From Heterodontus francisci (taxonomy: Eukaryota): DNA of 64,000 nucleotides. The stretch spans positions 39,618,246 to 39,682,245 of the forward strand of contig NC_090372.1 in NCBI RefSeq assembly GCF_036365525.1, written 5' to 3'. Made by a program: the position numbers and the translations under genes. This document shows positions 1 through 13,720 of this stretch, piece after piece. Positions within the stretch are counted from its first letter, which is position 1. Each line of letters starts with the position of its first letter. Below the pieces are notes generated by a model. The model was not told where the DNA came from and searched no databases. It worked only from the letters and a program-made list of their open reading frames with translations.

Positions 1-444
1 TTCTTTAAATAGTAGCAATCAGGGACTCCCTCAATTTCAGACTGGGCAGCCTGTGCTAACTCTGTCAGTACTGGGTCGGCTCGTTGAGCCTCAGCTAGGG
101 AAGATCCATTTAATCCATTCCCTTGGTCCTCTTCCAGAAGACCAAGATCCATCCACTTTATGTTCTACCATGTTGATATTCACATGATACAACAGTAATG
201 AAGTTGATGAATAACCATGGAAATCAATCTCTATCAATCACTCTGCAACAGATTCTGACCTGGCATGTTGAAAAGCTTCAGGAACTATAGGTTCAAAGTC
301 AAACTTATTTAATGTCTCCGATTACTTACACATTCTATCCCAAAATAGTCTTTTCTGAAAGAAGTCTATCTAGTTTGCATTCGAATAAATCAATACTTCC
401 TGTGTCCACTGCCTGTAGGAAGCCTGGTTCCACAGAAGCCAGGC

Positions 445-1178
445 CCCAAACACTCCTTTCAGGTGAAGCAGCGATTTACTTGTACTTCTTTCAATGTAGT
501 ATACTGTATTCGCTGCTCACAATGTAGTCTCCTCTACATTGGGGAGGCCAAGCGCAGACTGGGTGACTGTTTTGCAGAACACCTCCGCTCAGTCCGCAAG
601 CAGGACCCTGAGCTTCCGGTTGCTTGCCATTTCAACACTGCCCCCTGCTCTCATGCTCACATTTCTGTCCTGGGATTGCTGCAGTGTTCCAGTGAACATC
701 AACGCAAGCTCGAGGAACAGCATCTCATCTACTGATTAGGCACACTACAGCCTGCTGGACTGAACATTGAGTTCAATAATTTCAGAGCATGACAGCCCCC
801 CATTTTACTTTCATTTTTAGTTGTTTTTTCTTTTTTTACAACCCTCTTTTTTGCATTTATTTCATTTCATTTCAGTTTGCTTACCCACTGTTTTTTTTCA
901 TGTTTGCACTTGCTGCTGTTCAGTATTCAGTCCGTTATCACCTATTCTGTACGAATGCTTTGTCTTTCAACACACCATTAACATATTGTTTGCCTTTGTT
1001 CCATAACCTTTTGGTCAGCTATGTGGCCTTGTCCCGCCTTACTTGCTTATAACCTGTGACATTTTTAATATTTGTCAGTTCCGAAGAAGGGTCACTGACC
1101 CAAAACGTTAACTCTGCTTCTCTTCCCACAGATGCTGCCAGACCTGCTGAGTGGTTCCAGCATTTCTTGTTTTTATTC
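445..1178 (+). mobile_element. Penelope-like retroelement, 3' fragment (GIY-YIG endonuclease plus terminal pseudo-LTR)
   Basis: ORF 463-735 reads FTCTSFNVVYCIRCSQCSLLYIGEAKRRLGDCFAEHLRSV...HFN...RKLEEQHLIY, then past a stop LGTLQPAGLNIEF: the GIY-YIG domain of PLEs. The tail gatgctgccagacctgctgag...catttcttgtttttatt recurs at 23196 and 62103. Confidence 0.85.
1077..1113 (+). ncRNA. Degenerate minimal type-I hammerhead ribozyme motif in the PLE terminus
   Basis: Stem I AGTT/AACT; core CCGAAGA (consensus CUGANGA); stem II GGGTCA-C-TGACCC; AAAAC (consensus GAAAC); palindromic AACGTT as stem III. Confidence 0.5.
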
Positions 1179-2640
1179 CACAGATTCACCATTTACAGTG
1201 AATAACAGGTACAAGAGTGGTGTCGAAGGCTTCTTTGAGGGGCCTGGGGGAGCACGCCTGCTCCTCTTGGCCCACAAGGAATGCCGAAAGAGCCACTTAC
1301 CTTGGGTGGACTGGCAGCTCCAGTCTCCTTTTTTCATTGCCGCGTTTGCTGACCCCGCAGCTACACTTAATTTCAAATCAGTTTCCCAATTGTACTATAG
1401 AAGCCCTACTTAAATAGGTTAACATCCCACCTCCACACAGTGAAACATTGAGACACCCCATTATCTGCCAGGCATAAAAATGGTCGCAGATTGATTTATG
1501 TGCATGTCACCTTATAAACCACCCCTGCCCCCCCCCCTCCCCCCGCCCTATTCAGCCCATCATTGAAAGGGATTTACTTTTGTGTCCAATATTGCTGCAA
1601 ATGAATTTTAAATTTCTTCAATTGTGGGCCATGTCTCGTTCTACAGTTCTGGGCAAGATACAACAAGTTTTCTTAATTCTACAGAGACTAGGTAATGTAG
1701 ATTTTAAATATAGCCATCACGTCACTTCTCAACCTTTTTGTTCTCTCGTGAGAACATGCCCTGTTATGTAATCACTCCTGTTAACCCAGTCTCTCCATTT
1801 CCTCAATCATTCTTGATACAAGAATTCCAAGTGCAGTTACACCATTGGTTTATAAAGTGGCGGGATTGCTTTACTATTAGAGTGCATTACTGCCTTTTTA
1901 ATAAATCCCAGCATTTGATTTGCTTTACTCGCTGCCACCAAGCATTCTTGCAATAGCTTCAATTTGTTGTCAATCAGAACTCAAATTTTTTTTAAATTTT
2001 TGTTTCCCTTTAAATAATAATGCCTTTCTGAATTTTTTTGCCCCATTTGAAGCACATCATATTTTTCTACATTAGGATGATAAATGGCAGATGAAATTAA
2101 GTTCCCAAGTATGTAACCTATCCTGTTTAGCATTGCACAATACTACCGTTATTAATATTGTATCGTGCAAATTTAGCCAATGCACTCGTGACTCCTAGTA
2201 ACGATATGAATGAAATTTTTTTTGCAACTGATAAAACTCAGAATATTGATCTGATTCTGCTTCCTACAATTGCACATTGAACTGTTGCACGGATACCCTC
2301 TAATGTTAAATTCAAGTAAAGCATTAGGAGGGATTGAACCAGAAGTCTTCAGAGGTGATTACATTTAACATTATTTATGCCTGAAAATCCCAGTAATTTT
2401 ACAATTGGAGTATATGAAGTTAGGTCAAAGATCAGCCACGATCTCATTCAATGGTGGAACACTGGAGGGGCTAAATGGCCTCCTCCTGTTCCTAAATAGA
2501 TGTTTGCTGAATGGGAGTGCCCTAGAGGCCCTTCCCATCTGTGTAACCACCAAATAAAGATGAACCCTCGTCATACCACTCACTGCTGACTGTAAACATA
2601 TTCGTATAGAGCTAGATTTGACTATCTGGTGCCAAACACT

Positions 2641-5475
2641 TAGAACATAGAACGTAGAACAGTACAGCACAGTACAGGCCCTTCAGCCCACGAAGTTCTG
2701 CCGAACGTTTAACCTACTCTAAGATCAAACTACCTACATACCCTTCATTCTACTATCATCCATGTACCTATCCAAGAGTCGCTTAAATGCCCCTAATGTA
2801 TCTGCTTCTACTACCACCGCTGGCAGCGCATTCCACGCACCCACCACTCTCTGTGTAAAGAACCTACCTCTGAGATCTCCCCGAAACCTTCCTCCATTCA
2901 CCTTAAAATTATTCCCCCTGGTGATAGCCCTTTCCGCCCTGGGAAAAAGTCTCTGGCTGTCCACTCTATCTATGCCTCTCATCATCTTGTACACCTCTAT
3001 CAAGTCACTTCTCATCCTTGTTCGCTCCAATGAGAAAAGCCCTAGCTCCCTCAATCTTTCTTCGTAGGACATGCCCTCCAATCCAGGCAGCATCCTGGTA
3101 AATCTCCTCTGCACCCTCTCTAAAGCTTCCACATCCTTCCTATAATGAGGCGACCAGAACTGAACACAATATTCCAAGTGTGGTCGAACCAGGGCCTTAT
3201 AGAGCTGCAGCATAACCTTGCGGCTCTTAAACTCAATCCCCCTGTTAATGAAAGCCAACACACCATACGCCTTCTTAACAACCCTATCAACTTGGGTGGC
3301 AACTTTGAGCGATCTATGGACATGGACCCCTCTGTTCCTCCACACTACCAAGAATCCTGTCTTTAAGCCTGTATTCCGCATTCAAATTCGACCTTCCAAA
3401 ATGAATCACTTCACACTTTTCCAGGTTGAACTCCATCTGCCACTTCTGAGCCCAGCTCTGCATCCTGTCAATGTCCTGTTGCAACCTACAACAGCCTTCC
3501 ACACTATCCACAACTCCAGCAACCTTCATGTCATCGGAAAACTTGCTAACCCAGCCTTCCGCTTCCTCATCCAAGTCATTTATAAAAATCACAAAGAGCA
3601 GAGGTCCCAGAACAGATCCTTGTGGAACACCACTGGTCACCGAGCTCCATGCTGAATACTTTCCATCTACTACCACCCTCTGACTTCTATGGGCCAGCCA
3701 ATTCTGTATCCAGACAGCCAAATTTTCCTGTATCCCCTGCCTCCTTACTTTCTGAATGAGCCTACCATGGGGAACCTTATCAAACTCCTTGCTAAAATCC
3801 ATATACACCACATCCACTGCTCTTCCTTCATCAATGTGTTTTGTAACATCCTCAAAGAATTCAATAAGGCTTGTGAGGCATGACCTGCCCCTTCCAAATC
3901 TATGCTGACTGTCTCTAATCAAACCATGCTTTTCCAAATAATCATAAATCCTGTCTCTCAGAATCCTCTCCAATAATTTGCCCACTACCGCCGTAAGACT
4001 GACTGGTCTATAATTCCCAGGGTTATCCCTATTCCCTTTCTTGAACAAGGGAACAACATTTGCCACCTTCCAATCATCCGGTACTACTCCAGTGGACAGT
4101 GAAGACGCAAAGATCATCGCCAAAGGCACAGCAATCTCTTCCCTCGCTTCCCGTAATATCCTTGGGTATATCCCGTCTGGCCCCGGGGACTTATCTGTCC
4201 TCATATCTTTCAGATTTCCAGCACATCCTCCCTCTTAACCTCAACCTGTTGGAGCATATCAGCCTGTTCCACGCTGTCCTCACAAACGGCCAGGTCCCTC
4301 TCACTAGTGAATACTGAAGCAAAGTATTCATTTAGGACCTCCCCTACCTCCTCCGACTCCAGGCACGTTCCCTCCGCTATCCCTGATCGGCCCTACCCTC
4401 ACTCTGGCCATCCTCTTGTTCCTCACATAAGTGTAGAACGCCTTGGGATTTTCCTTAATCCTACCCGCCAAGACTTTTTCATGTCCCCTTCCAGCTCTCC
4501 TAAGTCCATTCTTCAGTTCCTTCATGGCTACCTTGTAACCCTCTAGAGCCCTGTCTGATCCTTGCTTCCTCAACCTTAAGTAAGCTTCCTTCTTCCTCTT
4601 GACTAGCTGTTCCACATCTCTTGTCATCCAAGGTTCCTTCACCCTACCATCCCTTCCCTGCCTCATCGGGACAAACCTATCCAGCAGTCGCAGCAAGTGC
4701 TCCCTAAACAACCTCCACATTTCTGTCGTGCATTTCCCTGAGAACATCTGTTCCCAATTTATGCTCCCCAGTTCCTGCCTAATAGCATTGTAATTCCCCC
4801 TCCCCCAATTAAATATTTTCCCATCCCGTCTGCTCCTGTCCCTGTCTATGACTATAGTAAAGGTCAGGGAGTTGTGATCACTATCACCGAAATGCTCTCC
4901 CACCGATAGATCTGCCACCTGGCCTGGCTCGTTGCCAAGCACCAAGTCTAACATAGTCTCCCCTCTAGTCGGCCTATCTACATATTGAGTCAGGAAACCT
5001 TCTTGGACACACCTGACAAAAACGGCTCCATCCAAACTATTTGCACTAAGGAGGTTCCAATCAATATTAGGGAAGTTGAAGTCACCCATGACAACAACCC
5101 TGTTACTTCTGCACCTTTCCAAAATCTGCCTCCCAATCTGTTCCTCCATGTCTCTGTTGCTATTGGGGGGTCTATAGAAAACTCCCAACAAAGTGACTGC
5201 TCCTTTCCTGTTTCTGACTTCCACCCATAATGACTCAGTAGACAAACCCTCCTTGACGACCTCCCTTTCTGCAGCTGTGATGCTATCCCTGATTAGCAAT
5301 GCCACTCCCCCACCTCTTTTACCTCCCTCCCTATTCCGCGGTTCAGATGTTTCAAAAGGAACATCCAACATCCATTCCTGCCCCTGTGATATCCACGTCT
5401 CCGTTATGGCCACAACATCGTAGCTCCAAGTACTGATCCATGCTCTAAGTTCATCACCCTTATTCCTGACACTGA
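2641..5475 (-). mobile_element. CR1 LINE, 5'-truncated, near-complete but frameshifted ORF2 (APE endonuclease plus RT)
   Basis: ORF 4328-5485 has VAITETW, MGDFNFP, SDHN. ORF 3314-4204 has KSPGPDG, NYRPVSLT, YMDFSKEFDKV, QGSVLGPLLF, FSDD. ORF 2734-3381 has LYKALVRPHLEY. The 3' tail is a (GTTCTAT)n-like microsatellite at 2641-2660. Confidence 0.95.
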
Positions 5476-6239
5476 CACTTGGCACATGCCACCTGATAGT
5501 GCCTTAGAGTAGCAGGGTTCAGAGCTGGGACTCATATTACTATACCCACTGTGGACTGTAAGAAGAAACCGAATGCCTCGAAGAAGCCTGCAGGCTCTGT
5601 GCTGCCATAATACTGTGAATCTTAAAAACTAGCTGGGCTATAAAAAGATTGATCAGGAGATGGAAGGGTTAATTTACAGGAAATATGATGAAGCATGTGC
5701 AGCAACAGCCCAAGTTTTCTTCTGTGCAACGTCAAAGAAAATCCTGCTCCTCCTGGCCTCAGAAAATAAATTAAAACTTGCCTTTGGGCTCCTGTTTGGT
5801 TGCTTAGTACTTAGTGGGGTGTAAGCAATGCACACCCCATCCCGCTCGGTCCTAAAATGGCACTCGGGACTGATATATCTCATAGGACCCAAATTGCATA
5901 TTAAAAGAGCCAACAGCCTGAAACAAGTGAGTGCCCCGAAACTTACATTTAAAAATACCGGAGGATCGCTCCGGAGTGGGGGGGAGGGGTGGCCCCTGAA
6001 AATAAAAAGGCAGGGTTCACCCACAAACCGCCCCCCAACCAACACCGCTGCCTTTTTGGCTGGCGTCAGGAGCCCCGCCTCCGACACAAAATCCAGCCCA
6101 TAGTGTTCCTCGATTTGAACAGTTCTAAGCCCTTCATTTCAGAACATTACCTGTTACTGCATATTTAATGCATTATTTACTGATCTGATTTGTATTTGAT
6201 CAAGTACTTTATCCCTTTTAACTGTTTTTATTTTTGTAG

Positions 6240-6332
6240 ATTGTTGCAGAAGCACCTGGATATTATTCTAAATGGGAGGAAGCAAATCCGTATTTTTTTC
6301 CCACTCTGTGGAAAGTCACTAGATATGAAATG
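6240..6332 (+). CDS. TPMT: TPMT copy 1, internal coding exon (93 bp)
   Basis: ag|A TTG...ATG AAA TG|gt; encodes LLQKHLDIILNGRKQIRIFFPLCGKSLDMK, with TPMT SAM-binding motif I (human [30 protein letters not shown]). Confidence 0.95.
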
Positions 6333-6394
6333 GTATGTAAATTCCTGATCGATAATTAAACGGAGAAAATTTCTCCAGTTGGCCATACAGAAGT

Positions 6395-7310
6395 ATATGC
6401 TGGAAATGTTGGAAATACACAGATGTTCCCGTCCTGCAGAGGAAAAAGAAACAGAGATAGCATTTCAGATTAGTGATCTTTTTGATACTGAGAAATGTTA
6501 GAGATGTAATGGGTTTGAAGCAAGTTCAGAGGCAGGGAAAAGTGGAGCTGGGAGCCAAGGAAAGAACAAAAGAATCGGTCTGTGATGGGGTGGAAGGCAG
6601 GAGTGATTAGAGGACAAAAGGAATGATAGTGCAAGACAAAAGGGAGTGGTATCAGCTTCACATTTGCTGGTGACACTAAATTAGGAAGAACAAATTGTGT
6701 AAACGAAAGAAAGATGTTATAAAGGGACGTAGACAGATTGAGTGAGCAGGCAAAATTGTGACAGATGGAGTTCAGTGTAGAGAAGTGTAAGGTCATCCTC
6801 AATGGATCCAAGAAAGACAAATCAGAATATTTTCTTAATAGCAATAGACTAGAAACTGTGAATGAGAAAATGGATTTTGGATGCCCAGTAAACAAATTAG
6901 CAACAACAACTTTTATTTATATATTGTATTTAACAGAGCAGAAAGTCCCAAAGGACTTCTCAAGAGTGCTAGTAAAACACAATTTACTTGGAGCCACAAA
7001 TGGAGATATTAGTGCATGTGATCAAAAGCTTGGTCAAAGAGGTACATTTTAAGGAGTGTTAGTAAAAAAAAAGGAAAGAGAAGGAGAGACGGAGAAGTTG
7101 AGGGAGGGAATCCCAGTGCTCTGGACCTTGGCAGCTGAAGGCATGGCCGCCAGTAGTGGAGCATTTACAATCGGAGATGCACAAGAGGCCAGAATTGGAG
7201 GAGTGCAGATATCTCTGACCTAATGTACAACTACAAGAAGTAATTCAAAAGACTAATGGAATGATAGCTTTCATCAAGGCTGGAATATAAAGGGGATTCA
7301 CCAGAATAAT
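6395..7310. mobile_element. Cluster of old fragments: PLE terminus (-), CR1 RT piece (+), L2-like 3' piece (-)
   Basis: atgctggaaat...gatcttttgatactg PLE-like tail. FAGDTKLG...MEFSVEKCKVI is CR1-like (6655-6900). 6900-7220 resembles an L2 3' end. Confidence 0.55.
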
Positions 7311-7547
7311 AATGTTTGTATATAACCTGTGGCAGCCCCGACCAGACTAACTTAACCTGCTGCCACTTGGGACTGGACCCCAATTTTTACTGTTGCACCT
7401 GCAGTTCCAGCTTTAACACAGATCTGATAGCTGTTCATTTTCTTCCCTTTCATTGTCATCCCATACCCTCCCCTCTCCTGAGTTTCAGATAATTGTTATT
7501 CAGGATTAGTGATTGTCAAGTTACTTACTGTTTCCTTGAGATTTTTT

Positions 7548-7775
7548 TTATTCATTCATGGGATGTGGGCGACGCTGGCCAGGCCAGCATTTATTGCCCA
7601 TCCCTAATTTCCCCTGAGAAGGTGGTGGTGAGCTGCCTTCTTGAACCGCTGCAGTCCATGTGGGCTAGGTAAACCAACAGTGCTGTCAGGAAGGAGTTCC
7701 AGGATTTTGACCCAGCGACAGTGAAGGAACGGCGATATAGTTCCAAGTCAGGATGGTGTGTGACTTGGAGGGGAT
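7548..7775 (-). mobile_element. 3' end of the same LINE family as 14195-16260
   Basis: Near-identical reverse complement of about 16060-16260, including the (ATGA)n tail. Confidence 0.85.
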
Positions 7776-8684
7776 GAGGTAGATTGCTTTTTTTATACAG
7801 TTGTTTGGTCAGTTCAGTGGACAGAATGTGTCTTTTTTTGTTGAATAATCATTAAGTTGCTAATTGGATTTATCTAATTATTGTTACAAGAAGGGCATTT
7901 TGTTTATGAATACTTACTGATGTCTTTGATATCAAACGACCAAAGGAACAGTTCTGATTTTTTTTTAAATTGAGTTTGTATATCTATTTTGAAGCCTTCA
8001 GTTGCCTAAGATTCTCCGAGTATTTGAGTCATTTTCTTGCCATAATGAAGGTAAATTATCCAACAGTTTTAATTTAAGAAGCATAAATAACACAATAAGC
8101 TGGGCATTAATACAAATAAAAATTAAATTACCAGACTGTTTGAATTAAGAATGGACTATATCCCTAACAACTCATTCTTTATAAATAATGGGGTTGCCAG
8201 TTGGTTGCACTGTTTTTGTTCTGGCATAATTATTTGAAATGGCATAACCGTGCCTACATCCTACATTTTGTCCAACAGTGACCATACTTCAAAAGTACTT
8301 CATTGGCTGTAAAGCACTTTGGGACAGCCTGTCACACTACATAAATTAAAGTCTTTCTTTTAACCCTGCAAAAGATTGCAGAATTTTAAGCACAAATTAC
8401 GTTCAGCACAATCAAGTTTCCACGATCTTTTATGCTAGTTGCGAAAACATTTCATTAGAAGCCAGCCCTGGACAAAACTGGCATCGCCTCCCCAGGACGA
8501 ATTAATCACCTTTTGGGAGTTTCTACTAATTACGCTACTTTCAAGCCTTCAAGGAGGCTCTTAAACTTTAAGCTGGTGCTTTTGGCCCCCAAGTACACCA
8601 AAAAGCACATTTTAAAAGTTTTGAATACTTTTTTAATTTATTAACACTGACTACTTTACCTGAGCTGTCCGCTGTGGCTTGCGG

Positions 8685-9570
8685 TGGAGAGCCGTGACTC
8701 CGTTGGTAGTATTCTTGCCTCTGGGTCGCACGGTTGCTGGTTCAAATCCCACTCTATGGCCGGAATTTAACTGTGGATGGACGGGAGCCAGACTCCGACA
8801 TGAAAGTCGGTGGCGAATCCGCTTCCGCCTAGCCTGGTGATCCGTCCTGTATTTTACAGATCTCCAGGCTTTAATTGTCCCGAGGTGGGACTTCCGTCCA
8901 CTTGAGGGAGGAGGTCCTGCCTCAGTGAGCTGCCAGCCAATCAGCGTGCTGGCAGCTCTTAGTCCTAGCAGCGCCACCGAGTGCGGTGGCCACTGCTGGG
9001 ACTGCAGCCAAGCTGACCCAATGGATCGAGGAGGGAAGGTAAGTAGGGGCATCCTTCACCAGGGGCGATTGGTCCTTCCCTGGTGAGGCTGGCGTGGTCC
9101 TTTGGGGGGAGGGGGATGTCTTGGATCCTGGGGGTGGGTTGGGAGGCAGGGGCGGAACTCAATCGGGCACCCTGTGCCTGACTGCCATACCCCCCCACCT
9201 CCAGGGGCGTGGAAAGGCCAGCAGCTATCGCTGGGCGGCCTTTCACATCCCCAGCACACCCAGTTGCCACAGGTAAAATATCCGTGGAGGCGTGCAGGGG
9301 TCCTTTAGTGGCCGTTAAGTGGCCTGACCTCTGTAAGCTAGTCCGGAGGTGGAAGCGGGGCAGGTCGACCTCCCGGAGCCTGCCACTCAATTTTACGCCG
9401 CCCCCACACCACCATTCGACCCGCTGGGGTGACATAAAATTCTGGCCTATGACTTTAGCACAAAAATCTAGGCTGACACTCCAATGCAGTCCTGAGGGGG
9501 TGCCATCTTTTGGATGAAATTTTAAACCAAGTCCCATCTGTCCTCTCAGGTGGGCGTAAAAGATCCTTCA
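8685..9570 (+). mobile_element. DeuSINE (SacSINE1-like) 5' part, split by a MITE
   Basis: tRNA-like head with A/B boxes (gtgactccgttggtag...ggttcaaatccc) at 8690-8755. Continues at 9451 with ...aggctgacactccaatgcagtcctgaggg..., matching the copy at 46890-47357. Confidence 0.65.
8758..9447. mobile_element. Non-autonomous TIR element (MITE, PIF/Harbinger-like)
   Basis: TIRs GGCCGGAATTT / AAATTCTGGCC; 3-bp TSD TAT (8755-8757, 9448-9450); GC-rich non-coding interior; interrupts a SINE. Confidence 0.7.
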
Positions 9571-9719
9571 TTTGAGACTACTGCCCATGCACTGATTCAT
9601 GGCAAATTCTGCAGTTAGTGAGAAGCAAATGAGTTTGAGTGGAAACTTGAGGGAGAGTAAGAAACTATTTCTCATTACTGGTGTAACTTGTGCCCAGAAT
9701 GCCAATTGCACCCAAAGTA

Positions 9720-10640
9720 GAAATTCTACCCAAGGAGAGAATTGAAAACAAGGATGAGAATTTTATAATCAAAGCAATATAGGTCAGTGAGCACAGGGGT
9801 GATAAGTGAACAAGACTTGGTGTGTGTTTGGATATGGGCAGCAGCATTTTGGATGATCTCAGGTTTATGGAGGGTACAACATGGGAGGCTGGCCAGGAGT
9901 GCATTGGAATAGTCAGATCTAGAGGTAACAAAGGTATGGATGAGGGTTTCAGCAAAAGATGAGCTGATGCAGGGACTGAGTTGGATGATATTAAGGAGGT
10001 GGAAATAGGTGGTCAAAGTAATGGAGTGGATATGTGGTTGAAAACTCGTCTCCGGGTCAAATATGACACCAAGGTTGCAAAAAGTCTGGTTCATCCTCAT
10101 ACAATTGCCAGGGAGAGGGATGTTGGTGGCGAGGGAACAGAATTTGTGCTAAGGACTGAAGACACTGGCTTCAGTCTTCCCAATATTTAGTTGGAGGAAA
10201 TTTCTGCTCATCCAGTATTGATTATTTAGTGGAGGGTGGTGCTGAGGCAGAGCTGGGTGTCATCAATGTGCATGTGGAAACTAATATTTTGTTTTCAGAT
10301 GATGTCACCGAAGGGCACCATGTGGATGAGAAATGAGAAGGTTAGATGCTTGGGGACATCAGAGGTAATGGAGCGGGAAGAGAAGCCATTGCAAGTGATT
10401 CTCTGGTTATGAGTAGATGGATAAGAATGGAACCAGGCGAGTGTAGTTCATCCCAGCTGGTGGACAGTGAAGAGACATTAGAGGAGGATGATGTAGTCAA
10501 CTATGTCCAGACAAGTTAAGAAGGTTGAGGAGGGATAGTTTACCTTTGTCACAGTCACATAGCACGTCATTTGTGGCTTTGAGAGTTGTTTTGGTACTGA
10601 TCGGGGCAGAAACCTGATTGAGAGATTCAAACGTGGTCAA
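9720..10640 (-). mobile_element. L2 LINE, decayed 3' part
   Basis: ORF 9726-10100 has NLGVIFD...HIHSIT..YFHL..I...AETLIHTFVTSRSDYSNALLASLP, typical of the L2 C-terminus. Confidence 0.85.
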
Positions 10641-10663
10641 CTCTTAAACCAATAGTTTTAGAC

Positions 10664-13022
10664 CAGTGCGGCTTAACCTGTGGATGTCTGGAAGTCCACA
10701 GAGAACCTCCAAGAGTCTGTGAAGTAAGCACACTCATTTAGCAGCTTGTGGGTCCATTAAACTGTTGTAGCAGTGATTGCCCATCGCTCTGACTTGCAAC
10801 ATCAGTGCAATTGTAAGGGAATATTTAGAATGTGTACGAACGTGTAGTTAATGACGGACTCATTCAATTGCCACACAGCACCTCATTAATGAACCAATCC
10901 AAGGAGTATTTTCTGATCATATGCAGCCAGTTTTAATAAATCCCCAAACCCTTTGCTGTGGGCATAAGGGACAGCTAAACAAAAAGATTTGGCTACAGCA
11001 GCTAAGAAAATATATGCTTTGTTACAGAGCATCTAAACTTGAGCAGCCCATGGTCTTTGGACTACTCGAGTTATATTGCAAGCTAAGGGTTTAAATTGAT
11101 GTCTTGCATTTTGAGTCTTTACTATGAAACAAAGCCAGCTGCTGATGGTCATCTGTAAAGAGAACAGTGGTAAGCTTTCAGTGGGGAGGCCCTTGATCAG
11201 GTCTTTGCAATACTTGGTTGCTTCATGTGTTGTGTTACTGTGTCTCTAAATAACTGTAAAATTTGGATTTATGGAGCTCAGTGATGGATGACCACAATGC
11301 CTTGTATGCTTACAAATTTTATTCAATGAGGCACTGCAACCTGCAAAACTAAAGTGATACCTTGCTACAAAGCATCTGGAATGTAAAGATAAATTGAAAG
11401 ACTTCTTTGACTGAAAAAAGAACAAGACTGTCATAGGAAAACTCATAAATATAACATCTGTTCCAGAAAAGACCTTGAAAACATCCTTCTTAAGTGTTTC
11501 TAATTGCTAAAAGCAAGCAAACCCAAAAAAGCCCATTCTATCTGAAAGGAGCTGATTCTTCCAGCTGCTGCACAAATGTGTTAAGTGATGATAAGTCAAG
11601 ATGCGGCACCAAAGTTGAAGGCAATACGAGTTTCCAATGACAGTAGAAGAATCTAGGAACTTTCAAGAGATATGAAATGCCAGTTGGCAGGCTTAATGAA
11701 CGTGAGCACTTTGCAATTCAGCTTGATGAGACAACTGACATTGGTAGTGCAGTGCAATTATTTGTTTACGTTTTTTTATTTGGCTGAGGAAAAGTTTTAG
11801 AACTTGTCAGGCATTAGTAGAACGAGTAACAGGCAAGGTAATATTCAAATTACTGGATAACTTCATGAATCGGAATCGCTTAAGTGGGAGAACTGCATTG
11901 CTGTTTGCATAAACGGTGCTGTCGCTAGACAGGAAGTAGGAGTAGTGTTGCAAGAATGGGAGCCATAATCTTAATGGTAATGACACGTTGTGTGTTGCAT
12001 CGCCAAACCCTTGCACCAAAAACAATGGAAACCAAATTACATGCTGTGTTAAATGCAGTTGTGAATTTCGTGAAGTCCAGACCTGTGCATTCACATTTGC
12101 AAAGCTGTGTTCAGAAATGGGTGCAAGACATGAAAATTTGTTTCACACTGAAATATGTTAGTTATCTTGCAGCAGAGTCCTAGAAAGAGTTTTTGAGTTT
12201 TGTAAAGAGCTGCCGGGGTTTCCTTCTGTGCACATCCTGTATTAGCTGAAAATTTATCTGACCAATACATACCTGGCTGGCCCTTTTTAACCTGTTAAAT
12301 ATCCTGAATCCATCAAAAGAAAAGGGCAATATAACAGTACTTGAAGTGAGTGAGATTGCATCATTTGGAAGAAAATTGAGATTTGGAAAATTAGACTGTC
12401 CCTGCTACTGACTGAATTTCTGGATGCAAATGCAATGACAGTTGAGTACTCGTCTCACAACATTGGCAGAGTACTTCAAAGTTTATTTTGAAAATATGAA
12501 CACCTCAGTATAATTGGGTTCACATCAACATGTTGCGTAAGTGGAAAAACGGAAAAGGAGCTGCTGGAAAAGTCTTGTGATCCTCCACTGGGAATTGAGT
12601 TTCAGCAACAAAACACCTTCGCAGTTTTGGTCATTGCCTCTGCTGAGTACCCAGAATTAGTAAAAGAAGCAATGAAAGTGCAACTACCTTTCCCAACAAC
12701 GTATATTTGTGAAACATCATTTTCTGCAATAGCAGCAATGAAGGCCAAGTACATTTCTCGACAAAGTGGAGAATTATTTGCAAGTGGCATTGTTGAACAT
12801 TGCACCAAGGATAGACAGACTGCAGTGAGAAGCAGGCAAACCCATCTCACTGATATCTGTGCATAATACCTGTTTTCTTAAAAGCATTATTAAAGCACTG
12901 TTTACATGCTGTGCTTTTATATTTTGGGTGTTGCATTATATAATTGAGATGGACAGGTCTGTGATTACTCGTCAATTTGAAAAGGGATTCTTCAATCAAA
13001 AAAATTTGAGAACCACTCACTG
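10664..13022 (+). mobile_element. hAT DNA transposon (Buster/Charlie type), full length with decayed transposase
   Basis: Ends CAGTG.../...CACTG; 8-bp TSD TTTTAGAC (10656-10663, 13023-13030) with central TA. Broken ORF shows PQCLVC...QPAKLK..LATKH, FAIQLDETTD, CVLHRQTLA and EYPEL...LPFPTTYICETSFS (hAT dimerization motif). Confidence 0.9.
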
Positions 13023-13587
13023 TTTTAGACAGTTTTTTTCATTATAGCCTGCTCAAGTAGAAACAGCAACAATTGCATTTATATAACACCTTTTAACAAA
13101 GTAGTGTCCAAAGGTACTTTTATAGGAGCATTATTAAACAATATTTGAGACAGAGCCACTTGTGATAAATAGGAATGATGGGCTCGGAACCAGAGCAACA
13201 GCCAAAACCCGAGCACGCGTGGAAGCCAGAACACTCAGTTATGTAGGCCTGGTTGAAAGAGAGTGGTTTATGTACAATGAAGAGTGAGGTGTGTTCTTTT
13301 TCTTTCCCTGAGTTATAAGATCCCATTATTCGACCAGATGGCAAATTAGCGGCCCTGTTATACGATTGAAATAGATCAACTGGTCACTTGTTTTTTTTGC
13401 TGTTTCTGGGACTATGCTGTGTGCCAGTTAGCTGCTGCATTTCCCTACATTATAACTGTGACTGCATTTCCAAAAGTACTTAATTAGTTATAAAATTGAG
13501 GACATGAAATATGTTTATAAATGCAAGTTTGGTTTTTTTTTTCCTGCTATAGAGGATCATTTCTTTTTGTTTATTAATTGTCTATAG

Positions 13588-13720
13588 GCTTGCTGATCAA
13601 GGGCACACTGTTGTTGGTGTGGAAGTATCTAAAATGGCAGTAAGAGAATTCTTTGCAGAACAAAATCTGTCCTACACTCAGGAGTCTGTACCAGGAATGC
13701 CAGGTGCAGAAGTATTCAAG
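13588..13720 (+). CDS. TPMT: TPMT copy 1, coding exon (133 bp)
   Basis: tatag|G...TTC AAG|gtagg; encodes (W)[44 protein letters not shown]; in phase with the previous exon. Confidence 0.95.

Noticed and set aside
5674-6103. ORFs of 137 and 91 aa
   Set aside because: No recognisable motifs; the segment ends in aaaatccagccc like a MITE terminus, with no matching left end found.
1-6239. ATG exon of TPMT copy 1
   Set aside because: I found no W-x3-W-x6-FH-encoding exon; it presumably lies upstream of the window.
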